A DNA stretch of 63,234 nt, counting the filler, from Polymyxa betae A26-41 (lineage: Eukaryota > Protista > Endomyxa: Phytomyxea): NCBI GenBank assembly GCA_003693705.1. It is 7 parts of 7 records of this genome, joined end to end, with 100 filler letters (N's around TTAATTAATTAA, not from the genome) between each part and the next. Parts side by side here need not be neighbours in the genome. Positions count along the whole stretch, not along the records: positions 36,101 to 48,808 come from RBZT01000249.1; positions 48,909 to 59,495 come from RBZT01000366.1; 5 more parts are not named here. The stretch is one strand, 5' to 3'. Below, piece after piece: positions 38,171 to 50,523 of this stretch (position 1 is the stretch's first letter; every line of letters starts with the position of its first letter). The notes under the pieces were generated by a model. It was not told the origin of the DNA. It saw only the letters and a program-made list of their open reading frames with translations, and made no database searches. A program made the position numbers and the translations under genes.

Positions 38171-40559
38171 AAGGAGAACACCCTGCGACTGAGTAGGAAC
38201 CTTGTTCCACTGGAACATTCCGGGCTCGCATTTCGGAGATCTTTGAACAAACCAAAGAAACCGAATTCCAATCGGATTGTTTGTCTATCAACGCAACTTG
38301 CTGAGTATAATGGCGAACACGACACTGAGTCCTAAGCAGCAGATCCCAGCCGATTCGAGCTCGGATGCGTTGCGGCCCCGTCCCCACTTACAGTTTTGTC
38401 ATGTGATTTTCTACGAAGCGAATTCTGCTGTTGAATGATTTCAAATATGAACAATAATTCTCACAACAATCACGTTCTCGGACGAAAAATTTTCGGTGAA
38501 AGTGGCGCTGCCTCTCGCATATACGGATTGGTACAGTGGCTACCATGAAATATGCATATTCTCATATCAATAGAAGCATTTGAATCTCAGGTTTGGTCGA
38601 GTGAATAATTCTTGCTTAGGGTGAGGACATAACGGTGAGCAGGCGCGAACTCTTTTCGCAAAATCTATCAATGTTATCAAACAAAAGGGAAAATAATTGA
38701 TGTTATTATACCTGATTTTGGCAGAAGTCAATAAAGCTCAGTAACCATCTCAGTTCGCTTGTTCAATATCCGTTCGATTGTTCATGTAGCCTGATATTTG
38801 TGACTCAATATCGCCTCGGAGACTTGCATCAGTTAAAGCCTGTTACGCCTTTCTCAGTTCATTATTGGCCTACTTCTTATCGTCGTCGATCGATCCGATC
38901 TTCATCTCCAGCTCAACGACATTGCGGGAGAGAGAATGTGAACACTTCGTTCCCATTCATCAGCTGTCAGCTGTATCATCAACACATACCATCATACTGT
39001 ACAACAGTCTGATTTAAACGTATCGGCGAATTTCCAGAACATTTTGTGGTTTACATGAAGATAAGATGAAGCATGCGAAGAATCCATAATATCGCATCGA
39101 AGTATTTCCCAAGACGAATCGCTGCGATTTCGGTTATGAGCACGCAGGCGGTTCCATCTCAAAGAAACGGCGTTGTCTGGAATCGGTGGCCAATCTATCA
39201 TTGTTTGAAATGGTGTCCACCTCAAAAGGAAGCATCGATTAGAATCTTTGTGTGCGTTCTCATACACCGATTATGGGTGACGATTAAGCTCATTGGCTCC
39301 AGCTTCATTGCCACACAATCTTGATTCCACATCCTTCAACAAGCATGATTTACGCTCCGATTTTTTATGGATTTTAATGTCCTTACCTCAATCAAGCAAT
39401 TCGGGCGATTCTTTATCGTTTTGCATCAAATCCGATGGTTTTGTATAGTTTCTGTGTTTCGATTATAATGTCGGCATTGTATCCTCCGTTTCCAGATATT
39501 TCAGATGAATTCGGGCTGTTGTATATCCAGCCGGTTGAGTAATGCATGGCGGCTGTGTATCGGAATATTGATAGCTTGTTTCAGCATTGACAGTTATAAT
39601 CCGTTTTTCAGCGGAATTCGGTCTGCAGAGTTTGAAAATTTGCTTTGCTTAACGTTGCTTTTTAGAATAGTGTCTTTGTCAGCTTTCTTCAATCTCAGAG
39701 TAGAATACGAAATCAATGGGTCATGGTGGATTTCGACATCTATTAAGGCAGCGTTCTTCGCAAGACTGCTAACCTGGGCGCATTCCGGGATTTCTTTTGC
39801 ATGGCTGCTCGTGAGAATATGCAGATCAACCGAATTTTCTGCTTTTCAGATTGGCTAATTTCTCTGCAGCGTTTCGCACTACCGAAGATGTGATATTTCT
39901 ATGGGACAATATTACAGGCAGTCTGTGAGCTGGATATTTCGCTCCGATGGTTTTGAGAGAGAGAACAGCCTCTATTCCCGATGATCTCAGTCTCGTAACT
40001 AAACGCTGTATGGATTCGGAGTTCAAGAAATTGTGCTGTGAGGGTCTTGATCCGCTGTGTCATCTTCTAGCTTAAGAGTTATATTGTACCGATAGGCTGC
40101 CCTCTGTCCTTTTTGAAAGATCCGGGTGTTCAAAACTCAACTGATTAATTTGATGTTTAGCAATGGCTTCTTCACGATTGCAAATATGAAAGTTTCATTC
40201 CGAAATCGCTTCAGCTGAATCGGTCTGTATAATCTCCTGCGGATGGGATTCTTATATCGTTATTCTTGGGATAATGGGGTCCAACCATCAGAATGACACA
40301 ACGAATTGTTCCATCTTGTGTAATCAATGCACACAATACAAAGAGATTTCGAAACTGGTTAAATAGAGCATAATGTTGATCACAGATCTTCAACTTCTTA
40401 GAGTCATCACATAATGAACTTATTCATACATTTTGAGATCAAACTGTCAGTTGAGAATATATTTTTCGCAACAAAGTTCTAGGCAAATTGTTTACACACA
40501 CAGATCAAATATAACAAAATACATCCAAATGTTATCTCAGTTTGTATTGCATAATCAAC

Positions 40560-40900
40560 GGAAACGAAGCAATTTTCAAGAAGGACCAAAAACTGGATCT
40601 GATGACCTCAAGTCTGATATTCTTAGGGAGCAAATGCAGTGCGGATATCAAGCTGTGATACTGGGCGCTTTTGTGTATGGATGTTGTTATTGGCCAAGGC
40701 CCCAACCGATATCTTCGATGCAAACTCGCCCATCGTACAGCGCGTAACGCTCATCAGCGTGATACAGATCACCATCAACATCACTCGGACTTGCAAAACG
40801 CTGAGCATCAGAGCCAAGTTTACCATTCGCTCCATAATGTCCAGATGCAGATCCAGGAATGGCTTTGATAGAAGCCAAAGAAAATTTATCAGAGAATTCT
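40560..40900 (-). pseudogene. Possible degraded protein kinase fragment
   Basis: DIMERM, EDIGWGL, IHTQKRPV and LLPKNIRL appear in kinase subdomain V-VIb order but in different frames. Confidence 0.3.
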
Positions 40901-41674
40901 TCTTGGTAGATGACAAACAGATAACAACGATCTGATTTCATTCAAGGCAGAGGTTAAGAATTTAAGGGATTCAATGACTAAAAAAAAACCACAATGACAA
41001 AAAAAACACATTTTTTCATAAAAAACGTATCTTCAACTGTCGGCGGGGTTTGACCAGTTCCATTTTTGTAGTAATGATGGAGCAGTACGGCGGCGGGGAT
41101 TCTGACAGTGTTCATGGGTGTCGAACAGCTCTCATTTGGCCATCAATCTCTTTAGCATCCGCCATAGTACCCTGTCCGCTTTCCGGGTCTTGTCCTGGGT
41201 GGTATCGTTATCGACCTTCGTCCATGTTTACGCTACCATACAGCTCGCTGACAGGCTCCATCGTATGACGCTGTGAATTGGTAGCCCCTATTACAGGCCG
41301 TTACAGATTGAATGGGTGGAATCCACCAAATTGACAATATGAAGCCGGTTCCATTCTAGACCGTGTCGGTAACGTACGAATCGGGTTTTGACAGTCATAG
41401 TGGTAACGAATATGTCGATCTATTGGACAGATGATGACCAGCAGACCGCACCAGACCTCGCATGGCTCGAGGCACTACGTGATTCCGATGATGAGAGATG
41501 TTGTATCTTCAGCAGTTATGTTACATGAATCAACAGATCAGGATCTCTAAGTTAATCAGCACACTAAAGGGGAACTAAAAGATGGTTTCATCATTTCCCA
41601 ATGAACAATGATTACAACGTTCTTGATCCTGTGGAATAGTAACGTAACAGCAATGGAATAGGATAGATACGAAT

Positions 41675-44194
41675 TTATACAACAGATAGCGCTGGTATAA
41701 AACTGTCACATGCCTGAACTGATGAGCTCTTCTCTTCGACCTAAATAAATAATGTTTAACAATTAAAGCCTCTTGAAAAAAAGAAATGTAAAAAAACTCA
41801 GGAAAGAAGAAAAAATGAAAACAAAAAACAGTACTGTACGCACAATTAAAGAGGAGTTGGCGGCTGCGAGGTTGGCAGCAAGTTCAGTACCATAGCGACA
41901 AATGCGATCCAGAGCACGGCGTTTCTCACTGTCATCCAGCTGCGGACAATCCAGGATCGCGGCGGACAGCGCCGCCAGATCCAGCCCCTTGAACAGCGTC
42001 TCTTTCGACACCTGCCACGCATTCGCCGCCAAATCACCCACAATCACCGCGCCCATCACCGACGCATCGTCCAGATGGGCCAGTGCGACCCGCAGGAATC
42101 GTTCACGGCCATGCACGACCACGCCCTCGGCGTGATGCTCTCGGAACAGGCGCAGCCAACGCCGTAACGGCTGGCTGCGGAATGCGTGCAGGTACCCGCC
42201 GGTCGTGGTCCGGTACGCCACGTTCGCCAGCAGGTCCTCGTCGATATCGGAGGCGCTGTCAATACAGTTAGGGTAAAACCCTAGAAACGTTACACGAATG
42301 ATACCAAAGTAGCAGAGTGAAGATGTGATCGGTCACGGAGTTGTTGGCGAGATTGCGCATCAAAACACGGAGTGTGTCAGTGGAGAATAAGCCCGGACGG
42401 TATTGCGCCAGTTGCAGGATGATGTCGGAGAGGTCGCGACGCGAGATCTGCATCTTGTGTTTTTTACGGGCTTGGTATATGTTAGAGAGAATCATGAGAG
42501 CAACGTCTGCGCAGCGGTCTCCGTGCGCACCCTCCAGACTTCAAGCACCGCCATCAGCAAACGATGCGTGAAACCCATCACAGAAAATTTCAAGAATTGA
42601 ATAAAAAAAGCACAATATTGCGCTAAGTTTGATAAAATTGTCGACAAAAAAAGAAAAAAAAAGTGAAAATTTTGCCGTCATACTTGGATTGTTTCGTAAT
42701 GTGGCGTAGAATGGAGTCCAAAGCGAAAGCGTAATGAATTGGCATATTGCAATCAAGGCGTAGTTCGGGTTGTTCATTGAACAAGTTCAGGATATCGTTG
42801 ACTTCCTTGTCGTCGTCGTCGAGAGGATCGTCCGACGAGATTCCGTCTTTGATCGCCATGATCATGAGCGGGACCTTGGCCAACTGATCCGCCCAATACT
42901 CGTCACGAACGGATTCCGAACAGCTACAAACAATCAACGATTCATATTAAACATTACAAAAATTACAGAAAAACACAATCGACCAGATTGAAAAAAAAAC
43001 TTGGAGTTGAAAAAAGAAAAAAATGTGATAAAGTTACATTTTGTCGATGGCATCGATCGTCATAATGCCACCGTCGGTAATATCGAGGTATTCGTAAGAG
43101 AGCGGAACGACGTCCGGGGAAATGATCTCGATGTGATCCACGACGAACTGCATCACGGTTTCGGCGTCGGAAACGCACTTGTCGATCAGGGTCTCGAGAA
43201 AATTCACCAGACGCGTTTCCTGCTGGTACCTGGACCCATAATTCAGACACGGGGCCAGTACGAACGACTCCGAAACCTTCGGCTTTGAAAATTGACCGAA
43301 ACGAATGAATGGAGAGAGAGTTTTTTAAAGAATGCAGAAAACTTTCAACAAAAATGAAGGTTTTATGGTTTGTTCACTTACGGAAGCAATAGCAGATGCA
43401 GGAACGCGATCTCTGTTCGATTGAGCACGACGTTTTTGAGTACCAAACTCCGTCCGAGGTCCAACAGCTCGGTCCAGGCCATGCTCGGATCCGTCACCGA
43501 GATCCCATCCAGAGTGCGACGCTGTCCGCGACGGCACAGCACCAATCGACCGAACCTCAACACGCCGACCACCGTATCCCGATCGGCGTTGTACGGGACC
43601 GTGGTCACGGCCTGCTCCAGAGCCAGCGAGAACACGTCCCGATGCGACATAGTCGCAGACGCATGCAGACTCTGTCGTACTAGCCCAACGATCAAGCGCC
43701 ACGACGTCATAATCTGACTGTAAATGGAGTCGGTAAAAGTGTAATAAAAAGCTTTGTTAAGTAAAAACAATTTAATATCGAGAAGATTTCGGATTTTTGT
43801 TCGAAGAGTGAAAGTATTGAGAAACGAACAGTCATAAATAATAATGAAAACCTTTTACAGGAACGTTTCCATAGTTGTAAATAAAAAGTTGAAAAACATC
43901 GCAAAATGAAGGAAACGAAAACGGAATTGAAGTCTTCAAGGGTTTTAGGGGTTGGAGAGCGCACCATTGTTGGACGATATAGGACGCAACCGGCAGGCCG
44001 GAATCGAAGGCGTCGGCAATCAGTCGTACGGGCGTCGGGGCCGTCGCCACCAGCGCATCAAGGTCGGCGACGGCGTCCATCAGGACATCGAGATCGGCGA
44101 CGGCCGGGCGGTCCTGTACGATGCGAACGAGGTGGTAGGTGCCGACGGCCAGGCCCAGGGCAAGTAGGACGACGAACGGGGAGACGCGCTGCAT
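41675..44194 (-). CDS. Secreted or membrane-anchored hypothetical protein, 7 exons (44194-43965, 43717-43382, 43229-43038, 42923-42684, 42538-42296, 42255-41844, 41740-41675), ~572 aa
   Basis: GC-rich exons separated by T-rich GT-AG introns, with all phases compatible. Leader MQRVSPFVVLLALGLAVG. Confidence 0.75.
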
Positions 44195-47037
44195 CGGCTG
44201 AGATGAAAGGGCGCTGATTGAAGAATGAAGAGAGCGGCGGGCGGATGGCGCCAGTGTGGCGATCCCATCGGCGAATCTGTCACGGACCACCGATCGATGC
44301 GCGCATTGGTCACGGTCGCGGCCTTCCCATTGATTCCATCGATTAGTCCGACGGGTTCGCTCTTCGAGATTGTCCTTTGTACAGCTATCAGCCCTTCTCT
44401 GCATTAGAGAGAGAGAGAGGGAGAGAGATCATCAGGAATTACGTTACAATGCCACTACAGACTACAGATTGAAACGTTTCTGAGAAAGTTCCAGCACCTG
44501 ACTATGTTCCGTTTGTTTTTGGCATTTCTCCTGGGTTCGCCTTGGGGCGTCGTCGCTATTTCGTAGCTATGCCACCGAGGCCAAACAACCAGCACGGCAG
44601 GCTAAGTCGGTGCCACCTGCTGGCGATCCCTGCGTCATCAGTCTCTCTTATCATGTGTGAGAACCTTCATAGTGGAGCGGATTTCAAGAAATGATCGACG
44701 TTTTCACCACTTTAATAGACAGTTTTTGTATCGTAACACCTCTCTTCATCTTGGTCTGATTTAGCACTTTGAGGGAAACATCCGCACTGATGAAATTGTC
44801 GTCGGCTGGGCCATGATTTCCGGTTGACTTTTTCCGATAAAGACTGACAATCTCCTTTTTCGAGCTATTGCAGCAAATCACAGAAAAATATCTCTTCCGT
44901 TACCGCCCTGTGTTTCAGCTCTTTGCGCAAACACGACAAGTCTCGTCAGCTGGCTGTTTACGAGGCGGATGTTCATATCGTTAGCGGAATCCATCCTTAA
45001 CCCCGGAATGGTCCTTAACAATTTACAATGAGTGTTTGGGTCTCAGATCTCCGCTACTCCGTCGTATCAATTCTACAGCACTCGTAGACCGAAGCTAGCG
45101 AGTAAGCTGTGTCGTTACAAGTGCTGTTTAGGACTCGTTGACAGTTCGTTCTGCGCTTGAAGGATGCTGCAATGTGATGGACTTCATAGTTGCCCAGAGG
45201 ACAATTTCGAATGAACGTTGTGCTCGTAGCACAATTGCTAATTTTATCTGTTCCATAATAACTGGTTCCAAAACGATTTCGGAATTCAGGAAGATACTAG
45301 AAAAGTGGCCAACATGTTTCCTGATAAGCAAATATATACTTTTTAGAAAAACAGCAATCAATCGCGCAGTTCAAGAGCATCAGAGAACGGAAACTGATTG
45401 TTGTGTATTCGTGATTCGTTTAGGGTTGTGGGTTAGGGTATCAACTATCACAGATGAAGAAGATAAATCCAGATCGAAATTTCCAATTGCATCGAGCCGG
45501 TCGAATTCACGCTCAGCATGTGAAGCGTTCAACCTGCTGTTACCACAGGCCCCGCAAGCCCAGCCAGATTCGTTACCATCATTGCATTGCTGTATCATGC
45601 TGGCTGTCACCGAAACAGGCCGGAACAGTCTGACCCAGGATCAAGATCTAGCAGAGCACCTGGCCTCATCACGACAGTTGTAGATCGGACTGCAGCGGCT
45701 GTTTCAGGGGTCGTATCGAGGCTTCTGGAATGTTACATGACTCAGCTTTATGTAACGATTTAAGCATGATGAGCACAAACAGAAGCGATCGTTAAACAGA
45801 TTGAGTAGCTCCTTCATTCGTCTCGTAACCACCTGAGCTGGCTCCTTCATCTGCAAAGTTCTACAATTAGATGGTCTTGGTGACTATATCTGCAATATTG
45901 TCATTTGTAGATATTTTCAATGGTTTTTGTGTCTCCAAATTGGACACTATTTCGAACGGAGAATTTGTGACATTGATATTTTTGACGTGTTGGTCTTCAT
46001 TTTGGCCATCAGATATTGCGGCCGGTTTTATCACAAGAGAGAGCTGCTGGCTGTCTCATTCAAAGCCCAATTCGTTTCCGTTGCGACCGACTTTGCCACT
46101 GTTCTGGCTTTGCATGAGAGAGGTGTACAGCTCTGTGTGCTGGCTCCATGACGATTGCGTGTTTTATTAAGTAACCCTGCTTATGCGGAGATCGATCTGA
46201 AGCTATCCAGATTTCCAGCACTCTCTGAATCTGTATCTGTGGTCAATCTCCGCTATGACAAAAAAGCAATCCGTAGTCTAGCGTCTCTGCTCCATTTTGT
46301 TGATATTGTAGAGTTGCTTGTCATACCGGCCCCTGAACCTTTCCGGAAACGTATCAGTCCATGAGTTGCTGAAAGTCTCTAATCTTGATTGGGGAATTTC
46401 ACGGCAAAACTTCCTCATCGTACTGACATTTGATTAATGCCATGTGCTGAGGAAGTAGAGGCCGGGTCCGACACAGGATCGCGATCCCGTGCCTGGAAAC
46501 ATCACTTTTGTGGCAGACAAAATCAGAATCTTCCAGGCTTGATGAAACGATAACGTATCTACTGACAGAATGTCTTCTAACATTCTGTCTTAAACGCAAA
46601 TGGAATTATAATTATGAGGCAAGAGAATGACGGGATTTTCAAAGCCAAGAGAGCCCATGAGAGCATATGTTAGATGGAGTCTAATTTCATGTCTGATTTA
46701 TTATGGCACAAAATCACACTGAGTCTGGGAGCTCCAACAGTAACAGCTTCTGTCTTTCGGCCTAGCAAAACTGTAACAGGGTTTAGGCTTGATGGGAGTC
46801 AGATCTATAGATTGTGGAATAATCAGGAAATCGCCATCATCAAGTGCCCATCCGTATATACAAAATGCTCCTCCTGGCGTACAGAATCTGCTTCCATAAA
46901 GTTTAGGCAAGTGATTATTACAGAAAGGATCCATTTGTAGCCCAAAATTCGACATCATCTGCAAAGACGCTGTTTAAAGCTTTCCAAGGAGCAGTGTAGG
47001 AGAAGACTTCTTGCAGATAGAAATCTGATTTACTCAT

Positions 47038-48520
47038 TTATTGATTAAACACTCTTGTTACATTTAGTGCAGATTGAGCAGGACATTTTCCAGTATGTCC
47101 AGGACAATATTTCTTTTGGAATTGATAATGTTCTACATACTGTCCAAATATATGAGAGAAATAATTGACGTCATTATTACAATGATATTGAAGACAGTAG
47201 AGAACTGGATATAGAGAACCTGTCAGGTAATCACTCAGATCAGATGAATAATTCAATTTCTGCTTTCTCAGGTAATTATACATTCGCTGAAGACACTCCA
47301 GCACGAGCTTCTGTGATATAATCAGATTAATACAGAAAAATTTCAAATTAGTAATACCGTCTGCAATCCTTTCATAGAATATTTCAATTGACAACGATAA
47401 AGACCATCATTATTAAGAACTAGTTGTGATATAATGGAGTATTTCTTATCGTCACTGACAATGAGATTCTCAAATCCGCACGGTTTAGTCTGGATATTGT
47501 GCCTAGAACAAAGCTTGTAGAAGTGACTATGCCGAAACGGATTTCCCCATCGAGATTGAAAGATCCGAAGATCATTCTGACAGCATCTGCTAAGACATGA
47601 AAGCACTGGGAAACATGTTCGCAGCAGCCAATCACTACAGCGATCACGTTTCATGTTCAGTTTCGGGTCGGTGATCTTGGCCCGAACTATTCTTAGACAT
47701 AAACTGGCCACCAATATCAACTTCTCTAATGTCGTATCAGAAGTCGCAATTTCCGAGATTTCGGTCAATATGATATGATCATCGAGAACTTTGATAATTT
47801 TCGGGTCATTTTCAAACAAATGTCTGCCCGTTGATGGGAACGACATGTTTTTAGCGGTCAAAAGAGTTTCCTCGTCATCATCAGGCCGCTTTTTCTGTAT
47901 GACAGATTCAGGGTGAGATTCCGCATTCAATATGAATAAAGCTCACCAAGAAAGCACACAGAGTAGTATAGTCTTCGACGATCTCAACATCAAAATCGAA
48001 CAATTTCAGAAAGTCAGGTGAAACGTTAAGCAGTGGCCGAATGCGATTCATTGGTGGTGCCCCGAGATCGATCCGTTTTGAAGATGGATTTTTGTCACTC
48101 TGTAGATCAGGAAGGCCAATAGAGATGAACGAATTATCTCGGATCTGATTCATAGACGGATTTGGTCGGCATCCATCTCCGGAACATCTTCCAACGAGGA
48201 TCCAATGAGGGAATGGATTCCCACAGATTATCTGAAACATTCGGAGATCTTTCTGACAGCAATGCATAACACATCTCAATACAGGATGACAGATATCATA
48301 CATCTGATACTATAATCTCCAATCAACCTTGTCCCAAGACCATTCATAATTCCGAGAGGCCCAGATCAATTTCCGATACAGATTCGTAATCAGAAGCAGC
48401 TTCTGTAATGCGCTCTGAGCAGAGCTGATTTGAGCGATTTCGCTCACATCCAGATCATGACCTTCCACATGGATAACGAATGGAGAGTTGCTCTTGTAGC
48501 ATTGACCTGTATCACCATCG
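47038..48520 (-). pseudogene. Protein with three copies of a Cys/His-rich module; broken frame (pseudogene or unrecognised introns)
   Basis: HPVLRCVMHCCQKDLRMF..GNPFPH..C / FPVLSCLSRCCQNDLRIF..GNPFRH..C / YPVLYCLQYHCNNDVNYF..GQYVEH..C. Confidence 0.6.
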
Positions 48521-48908
48521 GAGTTTGAAGACAGAAATTGAAGTTCCTGATCATTGGGCTCTTTGATCTAATTCACACTCAAAAAACAGCAGGACAGAAA
48601 TGCTTCTCAGAATTGTCATGAATCTGCGCTACTTTCTACATTTTTTGCGCTTAGTTAGGAAACTGCGCACAAAACCCCGTAATCTGAACTATCTATGACT
48701 GACTGGCCCAGAATGCACAATCAACGATTCATCAGTTTTTGACTGTAATGCCAGCCGTCTTTGACTCTGTCCAAGTCGTCGTCGACCCTGTCCAAGTCGC
48801 CTTGTCCANNNNNNNNNNNNNNNNNNNNNNNNNNNNNNNNNNNNNNNNNNNNTTAATTAATTAANNNNNNNNNNNNNNNNNNNNNNNNNNNNNNNNNNNN
48901 NNNNNNNN

Positions 48909-50523
48909 TCGCTCTATGTTCTGCTACTATTAGCATGGGCTTGTTCGCCGCCACTAATCTATTCTGGGTCGCCTTCGCTTCGCGCATTTTGATTGGGCTG
49001 TTTGATCCATCCTTGTTTGTCAGCAAGGTCGTGATTGGCGACGTCTCCAATTCTACAAATGCTGGGAGGTGCTATTAGTGAAGCACCTCAGCTGCAATGG
49101 AGTATTGAACTGGATTTGATAGGTCCAATGTATATAAAGCATTGGGATCGAATGGGTCAAATCTAATGCTGGGTTCATCAACTGGAAGTTTCATGTCACA
49201 TTCGGTCATGGATAGATGAGGGCGACCCAATCCTGTTGATGTGATAGCAGCCCATACAATAGTACGTCCTGCCCATGATATCGGATTTCCAGATAACAGA
49301 AGCTGTATCAAGGGTCAGCGATATCTCGCTGATCGATTCCAACCGACCTGTTGAATTCTGCTATTGATTCGGATGGCATGCGCGAGTACGATTCCAGCTT
49401 CGGGCTCGACATCACAATAGCGCAAATCGGCTCGACGGAGACGACGATGTGCCATCAAAGCGACTGCCATGAGGATACCAGCCGATCCTTTCAGTGAACT
49501 CCATGGCACTATTAGTGCAGTCAAGGATGCATTACGCTCCAAAGCCGATGCCAGAAATGCTGCCCCATCTGAAGATATATGATTACGACCAACATCCAGA
49601 ACCCTCAATGTTTCGGTTGTAGATAACAATTGGCTGATTGCACGAGCTCCTTCGTTGCCTAAGTGGTTTGATGATACGTTCAACGATATTAATGTGCGAT
49701 TTGCAACCAGCCCCTTCTGTAACAGAACAGCACCATAACTTCCAATATTATTCCTTGCAAGATTCATGCTCAACAGACGACATTCGGATTGCGACACGAA
49801 CTATCATAATGTAAGCTATCTCGCTGTAAAGCAATACGAAGTATAACTAACCTGGGCCCAGACAAATGCCCCATACCGTTCGAGCTTGTTGTCGGCTAAT
49901 ACCAAACTAGATAAGTTTGATGAAGCATTGGCTAACAAGATGGCGCCTTTGTATGCAATTGAATTACGTGTCAGGTCGATTGATGCGATATCGCTTTTAT
50001 AGCTATTCAGAAGGTGTCGTAATGGAACACAATGTGCATCTGTCATCTCATATCCTTCTGATCTTAGACATCCATTTTCAAATCTGATAGGACATGGTGT
50101 GACCTGACCACGTCGACATTCCTCAAAGAATAGATTAATAATTGGATCCGAACCAGCCTCCAAGCATTGCAGAAATGCACGAGCGCGATTCACAGATCGA
50201 TCGACAGCTGGAGGCGACGTCCATACACGAAACACGTCGTCATCTTCATCCGGATTCGGCTTGGTGTTTGTATCCGGACTGTTGAGAGTTTGGAGACGGA
50301 ATAGACATCGAGGCAGACGAGGATTGCGGCGTCGTAATGGAAGGGTTGGGGTTGAAGGCGGATGTAGAGCTGTATTGGTGGCCGGTCGTCGATAGAACTG
50401 TGTTTTTACTCGAAGGGTAGCCGGTGGCGGCAGTCGCAATCGAGCGGGGTCGAAATCGCTATGTGCACTCGCACCGGACGAAGCCGATGACGCGAACGAA
50501 CGCTGTCGTCGTACTGACCTCAT
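48909..50523 (-). CDS. RNI-like leucine-rich-repeat protein, spliced, 3' end lost in the gap
   Basis: Repeated LxxLxLxxNxIxxxGA (LARNNIGSYGA, VSSNHLGNEGA, VGRNHISSDGA), followed by FDPFDPNALYTLDLSNP. Confidence 0.88.

Noticed and set aside
40600-40680. PVSQLDIRTAF resembling Copia RT (QLDVKTAF)
   Set aside because: Flanking RT motifs are absent. The surrounding fragments fit a decayed kinase at least as well.
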